A stretch of DNA of 64,000 nt from Longimicrobiales bacterium. GTDB taxonomy: Bacteria > Gemmatimonadota > Gemmatimonadetes > Longimicrobiales > Gaopeijiaceae. The DNA lies in NCBI GenBank assembly GCA_965202985.1, contig CBDBCF010000002.1:256001-320000 (forward strand). Direction: 5' to 3'. The position numbers and the translations under genes are program-made. Shown here in pieces: positions 18,949-29,513 of this stretch. How positions within the stretch are numbered: position 1 is the stretch's first letter; every line of letters begins with the position of its first letter. Below the pieces are notes generated by a model. The model ran no database searches. It had not been told where the DNA came from and worked only from the letters and a program-made list of their open reading frames with translations.

Positions 18949-20571
18949 CTACCGCCCGCCGGCCTCGATGATGTCGGCTGCCCGACTCCGGTCCGGCTTG
19001 CCGGCGCCCGTCAACGGTACGGCGTCCACGATCGCCACGCGGCGCGGGTGGGCGTAGGTGGGTCCGTGCGCCAGCGCGTGGTCGCGCAACGCTTCCGGCG
19101 TCGCCTTGGAGTCCGGCGCCACGACGACCACCGCGGCGGGCACATGGCCCTTCACCGGGTGGGGCAGCGGGACCACCACCGCGTCCAGCACGTCGGGGTG
19201 CGACAGCAGCAGGTCCTCCACTTCCTTGGGATAGATGTTCTCGCCGCCCGAGTTGAACATGTCGTCGGCGCGACCGCGGAAGTAGAAGAAGCCGTCTTGG
19301 TCGCGGTGGAACAGGTCGCCGGTGGCCAGCCAGCCGCCCTTGATGCGCGTCGCGGTCAACTCGGGGAGGTTGCGGTACTCGGCGGCCACGCCCGGGTTGC
19401 GCACCCACAGCTCGCCGTCGCTGGGGTGCTCCGCGCCGTCCTGCACCAGCTTCACTTCGCCTTCGGGCCAGGCGGCGCCGCAGCTGCCCACGGGGACGGG
19501 CGCTCCGTCCGGCGGCGGCCCCAGCATGACCGGCCCCCCTTCGGTGAGGCCGTAGCTCTCGCCCACCTCCACGCCGAACGCGCCGGACACGGCGTGCACA
19601 AGTTCGGGTTGCACCGGGGCCGATCCCAGCGTCGTGGTGCGGAGCGCGGAGAAGTCCAGCCGTTCGATCAGGTCCCTGCGGCGCAGCACCATGGCAAAGA
19701 CGGCGGGGACCGCGCTGACCCTTGTGCAACGGTACTTGCTCAGGGCGCGCAGGAACGGCTCGGGCGCGAAGCCGGGCAGGATCACCGCTGAACCGCCCGC
19801 CTGCAGCAGCGGCTTGACCGCGCCCGCCATGGCGTTCTTGTGATAGAGGGGGACGGCGACCAGCGCGCGTTCCGACGGGTCCGCCGGCCAGTGCCTCTCC
19901 AGGCAGCGGATCCACCAGAGCTGTCCCTCGTGCGGCAGGACGACCCCCTTGGGCTTGCCGGTGGAGCCCGACGTGTAGGGAAGGAAGGCGACGGCGGCCG
20001 GGGGCAGGGAAGGGGGCTCGAAGCCGGTGGAGGCGCGCGAGAGTTCGGCTTCGTAGTTCCGCCAGTTCGTTGCGCCTTCCAGGGGGCGCCCGTGACCGGC
20101 GGCGTCTGCACCGGTTGGTTCCGACTCCGATCCGCCGACGCGCCAGCGGATCCCGATGCCCGCGTCTTCCACCACTTGCGCGGCCCTTGCGGCGGCCGCC
20201 GGCTCCACGAACGCCGCCCGGCACCCCGAATCGGACACGACGTGGCGCAGCGAATCGGCGCTCAGCTTGTAGTTCAGGGGCACCGCCACCGCGCCCCGGC
20301 GCATGATCCCGAACATGATCTCGACGAACTCGAAGCGGTTGCCCACGCCCAGCGCCACGCGCTCGCCCGCCTTCACTCCTGCGGACTCGAGGAGCGAGGC
20401 CACGCGGTCCATGCGTTCGTCGAGCTCTCGGTAGGCGATTCGACGCGGCGTCGGGCGCGACAGGTCGATCAGCGCGACGCGATCGGCGAAGCGCTGGCAG
20501 GCGCGCCGGCACCAATAGCCCAGGTTGTCGTCGCGGCGGGGGTCCGAGCGCGTTGCCGCAGCCGGCGTCAA
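18949..20571 (-). CDS. Class I adenylate-forming enzyme (acyl-CoA ligase)
   Basis: YTSGSTGKPKGV, YGLTEG, TGDL, GRADDMFNSGGENIYPKEVE; TTG start inferred from overlap. Confidence 0.92.
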   Translation of the reverse strand: MTPAAATRSDPRRDDNLGYWCRRACQRFADRVALIDLSRPTPRRIAYRELDERMDRVASLLESAGVKAGERVALGVGNRFEFVEIMFGIMRRGAVAVPLNYKLSADSLRHVVSDSGCRAAFVEPAAAARAAQVVEDAGIGIRWRVGGSESEPTGADAAGHGRPLEGATNWRNYEAELSRASTGFEPPSLPPAAVAFLPYTSGSTGKPKGVVLPHEGQLWWIRCLERHWPADPSERALVAVPLYHKNAMAGAVKPLLQAGGSAVILPGFAPEPFLRALSKYRCTRVSAVPAVFAMVLRRRDLIERLDFSALRTTTLGSAPVQPELVHAVSGAFGVEVGESYGLTEGGPVMLGPPPDGAPVPVGSCGAAWPEGEVKLVQDGAEHPSDGELWVRNPGVAAEYRNLPELTATRIKGGWLATGDLFHRDQDGFFYFRGRADDMFNSGGENIYPKEVEDLLLSHPDVLDAVVVPLPHPVKGHVPAAVVVVAPDSKATPEALRDHALAHGPTYAHPRRVAIVDAVPLTGAGKPDRSRAADIIEAGGR

Positions 20572-20834
20572 GCCTGGTCCTCGTCCCCGGGCTCGCGCTT
20601 GTCGGGAATCGCCAGCGCCAGCACGCAGAGCAGCGTGACCGCGCCGCCGCCGACCGCCCAGGGCCAGCCGCTGCCCGTGCGGACGATCGACGAGATGCCC
20701 CACAGGGCCGCCACGTTGGCCAGGAAGTTCACGGCCAGCCCCCAGACGCGCAGCCTCATCGCCCGGCCCTCCGGCCGCCGTCCGGCGGGCTCGCGACGAT
20801 CCGGCGGGCTCGGGACGCCCATGTCCGCGTTCAC
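20568..20834 (-). CDS. Small two-TM membrane protein
   Basis: Two hydrophobic helices; 4-nt overlaps with both neighbours. Confidence 0.6.
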   Translation of the reverse strand: MNADMGVPSPPDRREPAGRRPEGRAMRLRVWGLAVNFLANVAALWGISSIVRTGSGWPWAVGGGAVTLLCVLALAIPDKREPGDEDQA

Positions 20835-22171
20835 GACGCCCACCATCCGAGCCTGTTGAACACCCAGGTGATCGCCACGGCGTTCAGCAGCGTGACTTGC
20901 AGCAGGATGCCCAAGTTCCACACGTAGGAGCCGGTTCGGTCGCGGCCGAGCACCTTGCGGTCGTTGAGCAGCAAGTACATCGACCAGCCCACGACCGTGT
21001 TGGCCATCGACATGCCCGCCGCCACCGCGATCACGAACCACACCGGGTCCACGTTGAAGGCGCCCACCAGCGCCAGCTGCGGCAGCAAGATGCAAGCTCG
21101 CCATCGCCACGACGACGTGTCCGGCTCCCACCCGAACGCCTCGTGCAGGGCCATGGCCCCGGCCACGCTCATCACCACCGTGGAGGTGACGGGAACCGCC
21201 AGGAATCCCACGTAGAACAGGACCTCGGACCAGGTCGGACCGAGCAGGGGCGCCAACGCCGCCGCCAGTGCCTTGGCCGTTCCGGGCACGTCGCCCCCGA
21301 AGTCGGTCGCGGCGAACACGGACACGACCAGGAAGTTCACCACGACGAAGGGAACGAACAGCCCCGCCACCAAGTCGAAACGCGCCAGGGATTCGTGCTT
21401 TCTGCCCCACCCGCGCACAAGTCCGGCGTAGTTGAACAGCACCCAGTCCATGACCACCACGGCGGCGGCCGTCGTGGCGATGAACAAGTCCAGCCCCTCG
21501 CCGCCGCCAGGCAGCCAAGGCACGACGAAGCCGCGCGCCGCCGCGCCCCAGTCCACGCCCACGATCAGGAGCACGGCCCCGAACGCGAGCACCATGATCC
21601 CGATCGCCGCCTTCATCGCGCCCTCGACGAACCGCGTGCCTCTGCCCCCTTTCCGGCCGTAGCTCAGCGCCAGCCAGCTCGTGACCAAGCCGTAGACGAT
21701 CCAGTTCCACTTGGCGGGGAACGACACGCCGGCGAACGGCGCCAGGGACTCGATCAGGTGAGTGCCCAGGGCGACTTGACCCAGGTTGAAGACGACCGCC
21801 ACGGCCACGGTGCCCACCAGTCCGGTGGCCAGCGACCCCACGAGCCAGCCGTGCCGGCGGTTCTGCACTTGGATCAGGCGGAAGCCGCCCCGGCAGGTGA
21901 AGCGCGCGCTCGCGGCCATCAGGAAGAGGCCCAGCCCGGCCGACAGCCAGACCAGCCACAGCGTCCGGTATCCGTACTTGGCGCCTGCCACCATGGCGGT
22001 CGTCATGGTGCCGGCGCCCAGGGTCAAGGCCGCGGTCATGACGCCGGGTCCGGCCAGCCGCGCGTACCCGCCTATCCGTCTATGGAGGGGCGCGGACGCC
22101 AGCGATTCCAGGTGGGCCGCCTCCGCGTCCAGGTCCCGGCGCGGAATGCGGCGGGCGATGGGATAGGTCAA
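20831..22171 (-). CDS. Nramp-related transporter lacking the DPGN metal motif
   Basis: GPG...LGAGTMTTAMVAGAKYGYRTLW, multiple TM helices. Confidence 0.75.
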   Translation of the reverse strand: MTYPIARRIPRRDLDAEAAHLESLASAPLHRRIGGYARLAGPGVMTAALTLGAGTMTTAMVAGAKYGYRTLWLVWLSAGLGLFLMAASARFTCRGGFRLIQVQNRRHGWLVGSLATGLVGTVAVAVVFNLGQVALGTHLIESLAPFAGVSFPAKWNWIVYGLVTSWLALSYGRKGGRGTRFVEGAMKAAIGIMVLAFGAVLLIVGVDWGAAARGFVVPWLPGGGEGLDLFIATTAAAVVVMDWVLFNYAGLVRGWGRKHESLARFDLVAGLFVPFVVVNFLVVSVFAATDFGGDVPGTAKALAAALAPLLGPTWSEVLFYVGFLAVPVTSTVVMSVAGAMALHEAFGWEPDTSSWRWRACILLPQLALVGAFNVDPVWFVIAVAAGMSMANTVVGWSMYLLLNDRKVLGRDRTGSYVWNLGILLQVTLLNAVAITWVFNRLGWWAS

Positions 22172-23196
22172 ACGGTCAGGATCGATTTTCCGAACACCTT
22201 TCGTTCCTCGAGTTCGGCGACGGCTTCGCCTATCCGCTCAAGCGGACGAACGGCGTGGACAGCGGGGTCCAGCCGGCCGGCGGCCACCATCTCCAGCAGT
22301 CGCGCCAGCCCCGGGCGGCTCCAACCGTCCGAGCCCAGGATCGTCTGCTCGAAGCTCCAGATGTAGCGGATGTCGGTGGGCGGATCGTACCCGGCGGTGG
22401 CGCCGCAGGTCACCATCCGGCCCTGGAAGCGCAGCACCTTCAAGCTGGCCGCCCAGGTGTCGCCTCCGATGTAGTTGATCACGACGTCCACGCCGCCGGC
22501 GCCCCGGTCCAGGTAGCGGGGGCGGCCCGCGATCTCCTTCACCGCCTTCACCCAATCGTCGGTGCGCGACGGCAGCACGTGATCGACGCCCAGCGCCGCG
22601 AGCTTGTCGCGTTTCCACTGGCCGCGCCCCGTGGCCAGCACTTTGGCGCCCGCTTGCTTGCACAGCTGCACGCAACAGACGCCGACGCCCCCCGTGGCGC
22701 CCAGCACCAGCACGGTCTCTCCCTCCCGAACCTTGGTCCGTTCCTCGACGACCCGCTGGGCGGTGCCATAGGCCACCGGGACGGCCGCCGCCGCCTCGAA
22801 GGAGACGCCCGCCGGCGCCGGCACCAAGTTCTCCACCGGAACCGCCACGTACTCGGCGGCCACGCCCCGCACCTTCTCGCCCATCATGCCCCGGTCGGCC
22901 AGGACGGGGTCCAGGACGGCCCGGTCGCCGACGCGCCACGCCCCGGGGTCCGTGCCCGCGCCGAACGCCGCCACTTCGCCCGCCGCGTCCCCGCACGGGA
23001 TCATCGGGAACGGCACGCGGATGCGCGTGGTCCCGCGCAGCATCATGGGGTCGAAGCCGTTCAGCGCCACGGCCCGCACGCGCAGCAGCGCCTCGCCTGG
23101 CGCGGGTTCGGGACGCGGCATCGTGCCCACGTAGAGCTCGTCCACGCCGCCGTGGCGGTCGTAGAGAGCGGCGCGCATCGAAGGTTGTTCGGCCAT
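22168..23196 (-). CDS. MDR-family (quinone oxidoreductase-like) dehydrogenase/reductase
   Basis: MRAALYDRHGG, VLVLGATGGVG, GRMVTCGATAG, VFGK. Confidence 0.9.
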   Translation of the reverse strand: MAEQPSMRAALYDRHGGVDELYVGTMPRPEPAPGEALLRVRAVALNGFDPMMLRGTTRIRVPFPMIPCGDAAGEVAAFGAGTDPGAWRVGDRAVLDPVLADRGMMGEKVRGVAAEYVAVPVENLVPAPAGVSFEAAAAVPVAYGTAQRVVEERTKVREGETVLVLGATGGVGVCCVQLCKQAGAKVLATGRGQWKRDKLAALGVDHVLPSRTDDWVKAVKEIAGRPRYLDRGAGGVDVVINYIGGDTWAASLKVLRFQGRMVTCGATAGYDPPTDIRYIWSFEQTILGSDGWSRPGLARLLEMVAAGRLDPAVHAVRPLERIGEAVAELEERKVFGKSILTV

Positions 23197-23199
23197 GGC

Positions 23200-23649
23200 T
23201 CAGCCCGGTCTGGACGAGTAGATGCCGCGGCCCAAGGCGCAGAGCCGCCCGTCGTGGCCGCGAACCTCCACGTCGGCCACGGAAATCGTGCGCCCGAAGC
23301 GCCGCAACCGGCCCACGGCCCGCACGAACGGACCCGTGGCCGGGCGCAGGTAGTCCACCTGCAAGGAGATCGTGGGCACGCCGCCCCCCGCTCGGACCGC
23401 CACCGCCATGTCGCCGGCCACGTCGACCAGCGACGCCAGCGGCCCCCCGTGGAAGACCGTCCCGTCGCCCCGCGTGAGTTCGGCCTTCAACTGCATCTTG
23501 AGCGTCACTGCAACGTCGCCCTCGGGGTCCGCGATCTCCTCCAGGACCAGCCCAAGCGCGGCTGTGGCCCGCGAGTCGGCCAGGACCGATTCGATCATTG
23601 CGTGGACGCGGGCGCGGTCGGCGTGGACGCGGGTGTGGTCGCTGGGCAT
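23200..23649 (-). CDS. PaaI-family thioesterase
   Basis: FHGGPLASLVD, TISLQVDYLRPA, hot-dog fold pattern. Confidence 0.9.
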   Translation of the reverse strand: MPSDHTRVHADRARVHAMIESVLADSRATAALGLVLEEIADPEGDVAVTLKMQLKAELTRGDGTVFHGGPLASLVDVAGDMAVAVRAGGGVPTISLQVDYLRPATGPFVRAVGRLRRFGRTISVADVEVRGHDGRLCALGRGIYSSRPG

Positions 23650-23889
23650 GATCGGCAGGCTACGGCGCGCGATGCCATCGCGCAAGCCTTGGCGCGGCGT
23701 CGACGCATGCGGCAATCCCGTCGCGTTTCTGAAACCTTGCGGGGGGCACGGTGCTGCTGGGCGTCGAGGACGACGGCAGCGTGTCCGGCGTTCGTCGCGA
23801 CCGCCTCGAGGAGTGGGTGGCCGAGGTAGCCCGTACCAAGTATTGAACCTCCGGTCGTGCCGGTCCTTGCCTGGGTGCGAGACGCGAGC

Positions 23890-24205
23890 GCGTGGCGACC
23901 GCGAACGGGCTCGTCCCATCACCTACGAGCTCGCCATCGACAGCGACCGGTTCGGCCGCCCCTATGTCTCGAGCGAGCGCCTGCGGACGCCGCCCGCAGC
24001 TTGCCGTTGGCCGGGCCGCAAAGGCATCTGAGCATCCACGGCGACAATTCTGGGCAATGTGGTTCAGTTCATGGAGCGCCAACATCCGACGCGGTTCAAG
24101 GACGTTCTCAATAGACATCGACACCGATCGAAGCCCGGACGGACGCTTGCTTCTGCGGTTCAGCGACAGGGGATTCCAAGAACCCTTCTACGCGCAACAG
24201 GTGTC
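23890..24205 (+). pseudogene. Decayed AAA/ABC-type ATPase fragments
   Basis: Collinear fragments in different frames: RPITYELAIDSDRFGRPYVSSERLR / DAARSLPLAGPQRHLSIHGDN / LGNVVQFMERQHPTRFKDVL / DRSPDGRLLLRFSDRGFQEPFYAQQVS. Confidence 0.6.
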
Positions 24206-24379
24206 TTGTCGGGCCGCACCTCGACCCGCACCGACTTGTTGTACCGAAACGGAGCACCCATTATCTTCACCTTGGCGTTGCGTGCGGCAGGCCGCCGGCT
24301 CTCGGCCGCGAACCTTGAACCTAATGGCCTCGCCGCCGCAAGCCACTCCCCTCACAACAAACTTCGTGAATAAGGCGGG

Positions 24380-25819
24380 ATGATGCCCCCCCCCAAGTGG
24401 TTGCGCCGCCGCCGCACTCCTGTGGTCTTGTTCGGGGCGGCGCTGGCCGTGGTCGTGTTCTTGGGCGGCGTGCAGGTCGGGCTAACGAAGGCATTCCCCT
24501 ACGAACTGTTCCAGTCGGCCTGGAGAACTGCCGATGCTATCCGTGACAAGTGGTACAGACAGTCGCTGGGTCTGCCGGAATCCGCGCCCGTAGACTTGTC
24601 TCCCGGCGAAGTGGAGGCTGCGCGCATCGTGTTTCACAACCAGAGCGGACTGACGGATCGCATCGTGTGGCCGGGAGGCGTCGGACGGTTTGCCGAGCTG
24701 TGTCCGGGGCATCCCGGATGCGTGGCCGTCGAGTACGTCGGCCAAGGCCAAGTCGCTCGCGCCTATCCCTATCGCCCGAGCGAGATCGAGCAAGCGACGA
24801 TCGTGGACCTGCCTTACGAGTCCCTGTTCGACATCAAGCTGGTCGACGACGCCTACGTGTTCGCCGTGGACACGTATCCCAACGGCGACCTGCTCGCGGT
24901 CTTCCACTACAATGGCGCCTTCCCCTTCGCCGGGGGCGTCGCGCGGATTCGACCCGACGGCACGGCGGCCTGGTATCGAAGAGACTACAGTCATCACGAA
25001 CCCCATCTCGCGGCCGACGACGTGGCCTGGGTTCCCGGCTTGCGCATCGGTCAAGGCCCGCTCCGCGTGCATTACCAAGCCCCCAAGCAGAACCTCGGCT
25101 TCGAGCTGCCTTGCGCGAAGCCCTACGTCGATACTGTGCGCAAGATCGGACCCGACGGCGAGCTTCTCGAAGAGGTCTCGATCTGGGAGAAGCTGGCTGC
25201 TTCCCGCTATCGGTTCTTGCTGCGGCACGCTGGCGCCCCATGTCACCCGCTCCACGTGAACTCGGTGCACGAACTGGGGCCCGACGCGACGGGACCGTCG
25301 GGCATCGGTCCGGGCGACCTCGTGGTGTCGCTGCGGAACTTGAACGCTTTCGCCGTGCTCGACCGGGACGGCTTCGACGTCAAGACGCTGGTGCGGGGAA
25401 CCTTCGCCGGGCAGCATTCCGTCAAGCACTTGAGCGACTCCCGGTTTCTCGTCTTCGACAACTGGGGCGTCGAAGCAGACCGAGACGGACCTTCGCGAGT
25501 GCTGACGATTGACTTGGCCGACGGCAGCGAGACGACCGTCTTCCCCGTCGCCCTCGACGCCGGACGACCCCCGTTCGGAAACAACTTCTTTACGCGGTGG
25601 CACGGCCTCCTGTCGATCTCCCCGGACCGGCAAAGGCTGATCGCCACCTTCCATTACGAGTCAAGGGCCCTGGAGATCGAGATCGCCACCGGCAAGGTGC
25701 TGACCGAGTTCACCTCGGTGCACGACCTGACTCCGACCCCCTTCGGCGACTTCGCGGGAGACGCGCAAGTCGTTCTATTGCTGGCGACGCCGGCACCACG
25801 CTATGTGCTCGACCCGTAG
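24380..25819 (+). CDS. Arylsulfotransferase-family protein
   Basis: N-terminal TM, YSHHE, PLHVNSV, LVVSLRNLN, GQHS..LVFDN. Confidence 0.8.
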   Translation: MMPPPKWLRRRRTPVVLFGAALAVVVFLGGVQVGLTKAFPYELFQSAWRTADAIRDKWYRQSLGLPESAPVDLSPGEVEAARIVFHNQSGLTDRIVWPGGVGRFAELCPGHPGCVAVEYVGQGQVARAYPYRPSEIEQATIVDLPYESLFDIKLVDDAYVFAVDTYPNGDLLAVFHYNGAFPFAGGVARIRPDGTAAWYRRDYSHHEPHLAADDVAWVPGLRIGQGPLRVHYQAPKQNLGFELPCAKPYVDTVRKIGPDGELLEEVSIWEKLAASRYRFLLRHAGAPCHPLHVNSVHELGPDATGPSGIGPGDLVVSLRNLNAFAVLDRDGFDVKTLVRGTFAGQHSVKHLSDSRFLVFDNWGVEADRDGPSRVLTIDLADGSETTVFPVALDAGRPPFGNNFFTRWHGLLSISPDRQRLIATFHYESRALEIEIATGKVLTEFTSVHDLTPTPFGDFAGDAQVVLLLATPAPRYVLDP

Positions 25820-26071
25820 CCGTTGGACCCCGTCGAATACGCGGCTCGGACCACGACCATGATATCATCTCGGGAGTCTCTGGTACAGCGATCGGAAGGT
25901 GGTGCTGGCCGCTTATCCGGGTGCCAGGAAGTCCGTGCTGAACGGGTAGGCGCGCGGCTCGCGTCGCCGCGCCCCCATTGGACGCACCCGACATCGAAGA
26001 CGTAGCTTACGAGCTTGTCGCGCGCCGCCGTCCAGGAGCCGCTCGCCACAACCCAGGAGGAGTCCTCGATC

Positions 26072-29000
26072 ATGCGCATTCGTCCCTTCGCCTTCGGCTT
26101 CATCCTTGTCGCCGCCCTGCTTCCTTTGTCGCCGGCTCAGCCTGTGGTCGCCCAGGAAGTTCCCACCTCCGCGCTCCAGGCGATGAAGTTCCGCCACATC
26201 GGGCCGGTGGGGAACCGGGTGACCTCGGTGGCGGGCGTCGCGGGCGATCCGCTGACCTACTATGCGGGCGCGGCTTCGGGCGGGCTGTGGAAGACGGAGG
26301 ACGGGGGCGTCAACTGGCGGCCCGTCTTCGACGACCAGCCGGTGCACGCGATCGGCGAGGTGGAGGTGGCGCCGTCGGACGCGAACATCGTGTGGGCGGG
26401 CACCGGCGAGCCGTTCATCCGCTCCAACGTCTCGATCGGGAACGGGGTGTGGAAGTCGCTGGACGCCGGGCGGACCTGGACGCACATGGGACTGGAGGGC
26501 ACGGGGCGGATCAGCCGGATCATCGTGCACCCGACCAACCCCGACATCGTGTACGCGGCGGCGATCGGGCACGGCTACGCGCCCCAGCCCGAGCGGGGCG
26601 TCTACCGCACGCTGGACGGCGGCGCCACCTGGGAGCACGTCCTTTTCGTGGACGAGGAGACCGGCGCCAGCGACCTGGTGATGGACCCGTCCAACCCGCG
26701 CACCCTTTTCGCGGGGAGTTGGCAGATCGCGATCCGCACCTGGACGCGCACCTCGGGCGGCCCCGGCAGCGCGATCCACGTTTCCCGCGACGGCGGCACC
26801 ACCTGGACGCGGCTGGAGGGGAACGGCCTGCCCACCCGCGAGATCGGCAAGATCGCGCTGTGCATGAGCGCCGACGACCCCGACCGCATCTACGCCCTGA
26901 TCGAGACGGGCGACGCCGTGCCCTGGGAAGGCGGCGACACCGACGGGGGCGAGCTGTGGCGCTCCGACGACGGAGGCCGCCAGTGGGCGCTGACCAGCTA
27001 CGACCGCGACTTGGCCGGCCGCACCGCCTACTACACGCGCTGCGAGGCCAACCCCGACGATGCCGACGAGGCCTACTTCCTGGCGGCGGCGTACAGCACC
27101 ACGCTTGACGGCGGCGTCACGTCCACGGCGGCGCCGTTCCTGCAAGGACCGGTATGGGACCACCACGACATGTGGGTCGACCCGCAGGACGGCGACCGGC
27201 AGATCGTGGCCGGCGACGGCGGCGTCGCGATCTCGCGCAACCGGGGCAAGACCTGGTACCGCCAGCAGCTGCCGATCGCGCAGATGTACCACGTGACCGT
27301 GGACAATGCGGTGCCTTACAACGTCATGGGCAACCGCCAGGACGGCCCTTCAACTCGCGGGCCGAGCAACAGCCGCACGGGCGGCCTCTTCCTGGGCGGC
27401 ATCCCCCGGGGCATGTGGCAGACGGTGGGCGGCGGCGAGTCGGGGTTCGCCACGCCGGATCCGACGGACCACAACATCGTGTGGTCGAGCGCGTCGGGGG
27501 CCGGCGGCGGGGGCGGCATCGTGTCCCGCTGGGACGCTCGGACGCGCCAGTATCGCGAAGTCGAGGTGTGGCCCGAGTCCACGATCGGCCAGCCCGCCGA
27601 CAGCCTGCGCTACCGCTTTCAGTGGACGTTCCCGCTGCTGATTTCCCCCCACGACAACAACACCGTCTACGTGACCAGTCAGCACGTTCACCGCACCACC
27701 AACGGCGGCCAAAGCTGGGAGGAAATCAGCCCGGACCTTACCACGAACAACCGGGAGCGGATGGGGATCAGCGGCGGCCTCACGCCCGACAACATCGGCG
27801 TCGAGTACTGCTGCGTGATCTACGCCTTCGACGAGTCGCCCGTGGAGCGCGGCGTCTTCTGGGCCGGCACCAACGACGGCCTCATGCACGTGAGCCGGGA
27901 CGGCGGCGCCACCTGGACCAACGTCACCGAGAACATCCCCGACCTGCCGCCCGACGGCGTGGTGCGGGGGATCGACGCCTCCCGGTTCGCGCCCGGCAAG
28001 GCGTACATGGTGGTCGAGCATCATCAGGTGGGCGGCTTCGAGGCCCGCGCCTACCGCACCGACGACTACGGCGAGAGCTGGACCATGATCACGGACGGCA
28101 TCGACGACGGCGTGCTCAGCTACACGCGAAGCATCCACGAGGACCCGGTGCGTCCCGGGCTGCTCTACCTGGGCACCGAGGCGTCGCTCTACGTGTCGTT
28201 CGACGACGGCGACCGCTGGCAGTCGCTGCACACCAACATGCCCCGTGCGCCCATGTACGGGCTGGTCGTCCAGGAGCACTTCAACGACCTGGTGATCGGC
28301 ACGTACGGCCGCGGCTTCTGGATTCTGGACGACGTGACGCCCCTCCAGCAGTTGACGGCGGAGGTCGCCGACGCGCCCGCGCACCTTTTCGCCCCCCGGC
28401 CCGCGTACCGCTTCCGCCCGGTGTCGGAGCCCTTCGCCATGTTCGACGACCAGTCCGACGGCGACAACCCGCCCTACGGCGCCTCGATCAACTATTGGCT
28501 CGCGCAGGAGACGGACGACAGCGTGACGATCGAGATCGCCAACGCCGAAGGGGACGTGGTGCGGACGCTGGAGGGCACCGGTCAAGCCGGCGTGAACCGC
28601 GTGTGGTGGAACCTGAACGGCGAGCCCGCCACCGAGATCAAGCTGCGCACCAAGCCCCTGTACGCGGACGACATAGACCTTGGCCCCGAGCGCTGGCGGC
28701 CTCTGCCGGGCGTGCTGGGAGGGCCCGGCCAGGGCGCGGCGGTGATCCTGCAGCCGCCGGGGCAGTACACGGTCGCGCTCAAGATCGGCGGTGCGGACGC
28801 GGACGGCGCGGATGCGGAAGAGGGCGCGGATGCGGAAGAGGGCGCGGGCATGGAGGCGGGCGCGGGCGACTCCGAGGACGAGCCTGCGGGCGACGATCCG
28901 CCGGTGCGCGGGACCCTTGTCCAGACCCTGGAAGTCCGCAAGGACCCGCACTCCGAAGGCGGGCTGACCGACATCCGGGCCCAGCAGGCGATGCTGGAAG

Positions 29001-29428
29001 CGGTCCGCGCCGACTACGAGACCGCTGCCGAACTGGTCAACCGGGTTGAGTGGGTGCGACGCCAGCTCCGGGACGCGAAGGCGGTGCTGGAAGACCGGGA
29101 CGACGACGCCTCGAAGGCGCTGGCCGCCGCCGCCGACTCGCTGGACGAACGGCTGATCGCGGCGGAGCAGGGGCTCTTCCAGATGCGGGCGACCGGGACG
29201 GGCCAGGACGGCATCCGCTACCCGACCCGCGTGATCGAGCGACTGGGCTACCTGTTTGCCACGGTGTCGGTCGGCGACTTCCCGCCCACGGACCAGCAGG
29301 ACGAAGTCCACGCGGTGCTGCGGGAGCGCCTCCTACGCATCCGGGACGAGCTGGAGGCGCTTCTGGACGACGACTTGGCTGAGTTCAACCGCCGCGTCCA
29401 AGCGCTGGGGCTGGGCGTGATCTCGTGA
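26072..29428 (+). CDS. Secreted VPS10/BNR (Asp-box) repeat glycosyl-hydrolase-like protein
   Basis: GGAGG RBS, signal peptide, FRHIGP..NRV, many S/TxDGGxxW boxes, GTYGRGFWILDD. Confidence 0.88.
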   Translation: MRIRPFAFGFILVAALLPLSPAQPVVAQEVPTSALQAMKFRHIGPVGNRVTSVAGVAGDPLTYYAGAASGGLWKTEDGGVNWRPVFDDQPVHAIGEVEVAPSDANIVWAGTGEPFIRSNVSIGNGVWKSLDAGRTWTHMGLEGTGRISRIIVHPTNPDIVYAAAIGHGYAPQPERGVYRTLDGGATWEHVLFVDEETGASDLVMDPSNPRTLFAGSWQIAIRTWTRTSGGPGSAIHVSRDGGTTWTRLEGNGLPTREIGKIALCMSADDPDRIYALIETGDAVPWEGGDTDGGELWRSDDGGRQWALTSYDRDLAGRTAYYTRCEANPDDADEAYFLAAAYSTTLDGGVTSTAAPFLQGPVWDHHDMWVDPQDGDRQIVAGDGGVAISRNRGKTWYRQQLPIAQMYHVTVDNAVPYNVMGNRQDGPSTRGPSNSRTGGLFLGGIPRGMWQTVGGGESGFATPDPTDHNIVWSSASGAGGGGGIVSRWDARTRQYREVEVWPESTIGQPADSLRYRFQWTFPLLISPHDNNTVYVTSQHVHRTTNGGQSWEEISPDLTTNNRERMGISGGLTPDNIGVEYCCVIYAFDESPVERGVFWAGTNDGLMHVSRDGGATWTNVTENIPDLPPDGVVRGIDASRFAPGKAYMVVEHHQVGGFEARAYRTDDYGESWTMITDGIDDGVLSYTRSIHEDPVRPGLLYLGTEASLYVSFDDGDRWQSLHTNMPRAPMYGLVVQEHFNDLVIGTYGRGFWILDDVTPLQQLTAEVADAPAHLFAPRPAYRFRPVSEPFAMFDDQSDGDNPPYGASINYWLAQETDDSVTIEIANAEGDVVRTLEGTGQAGVNRVWWNLNGEPATEIKLRTKPLYADDIDLGPERWRPLPGVLGGPGQGAAVILQPPGQYTVALKIGGADADGADAEEGADAEEGAGMEAGAGDSEDEPAGDDPPVRGTLVQTLEVRKDPHSEGGLTDIRAQQAMLEAVRADYETAAELVNRVEWVRRQLRDAKAVLEDRDDDASKALAAAADSLDERLIAAEQGLFQMRATGTGQDGIRYPTRVIERLGYLFATVSVGDFPPTDQQDEVHAVLRERLLRIRDELEALLDDDLAEFNRRVQALGLGVIS

Positions 29429-29513
29429 CGCCGCCTTGTTTCGTGACTTGCCGGCCCTGGGCACCGCGAGGTGACGGGAACCTGCTGCCGCCGCCTCGAC
29501 GCACCGCGACTCG

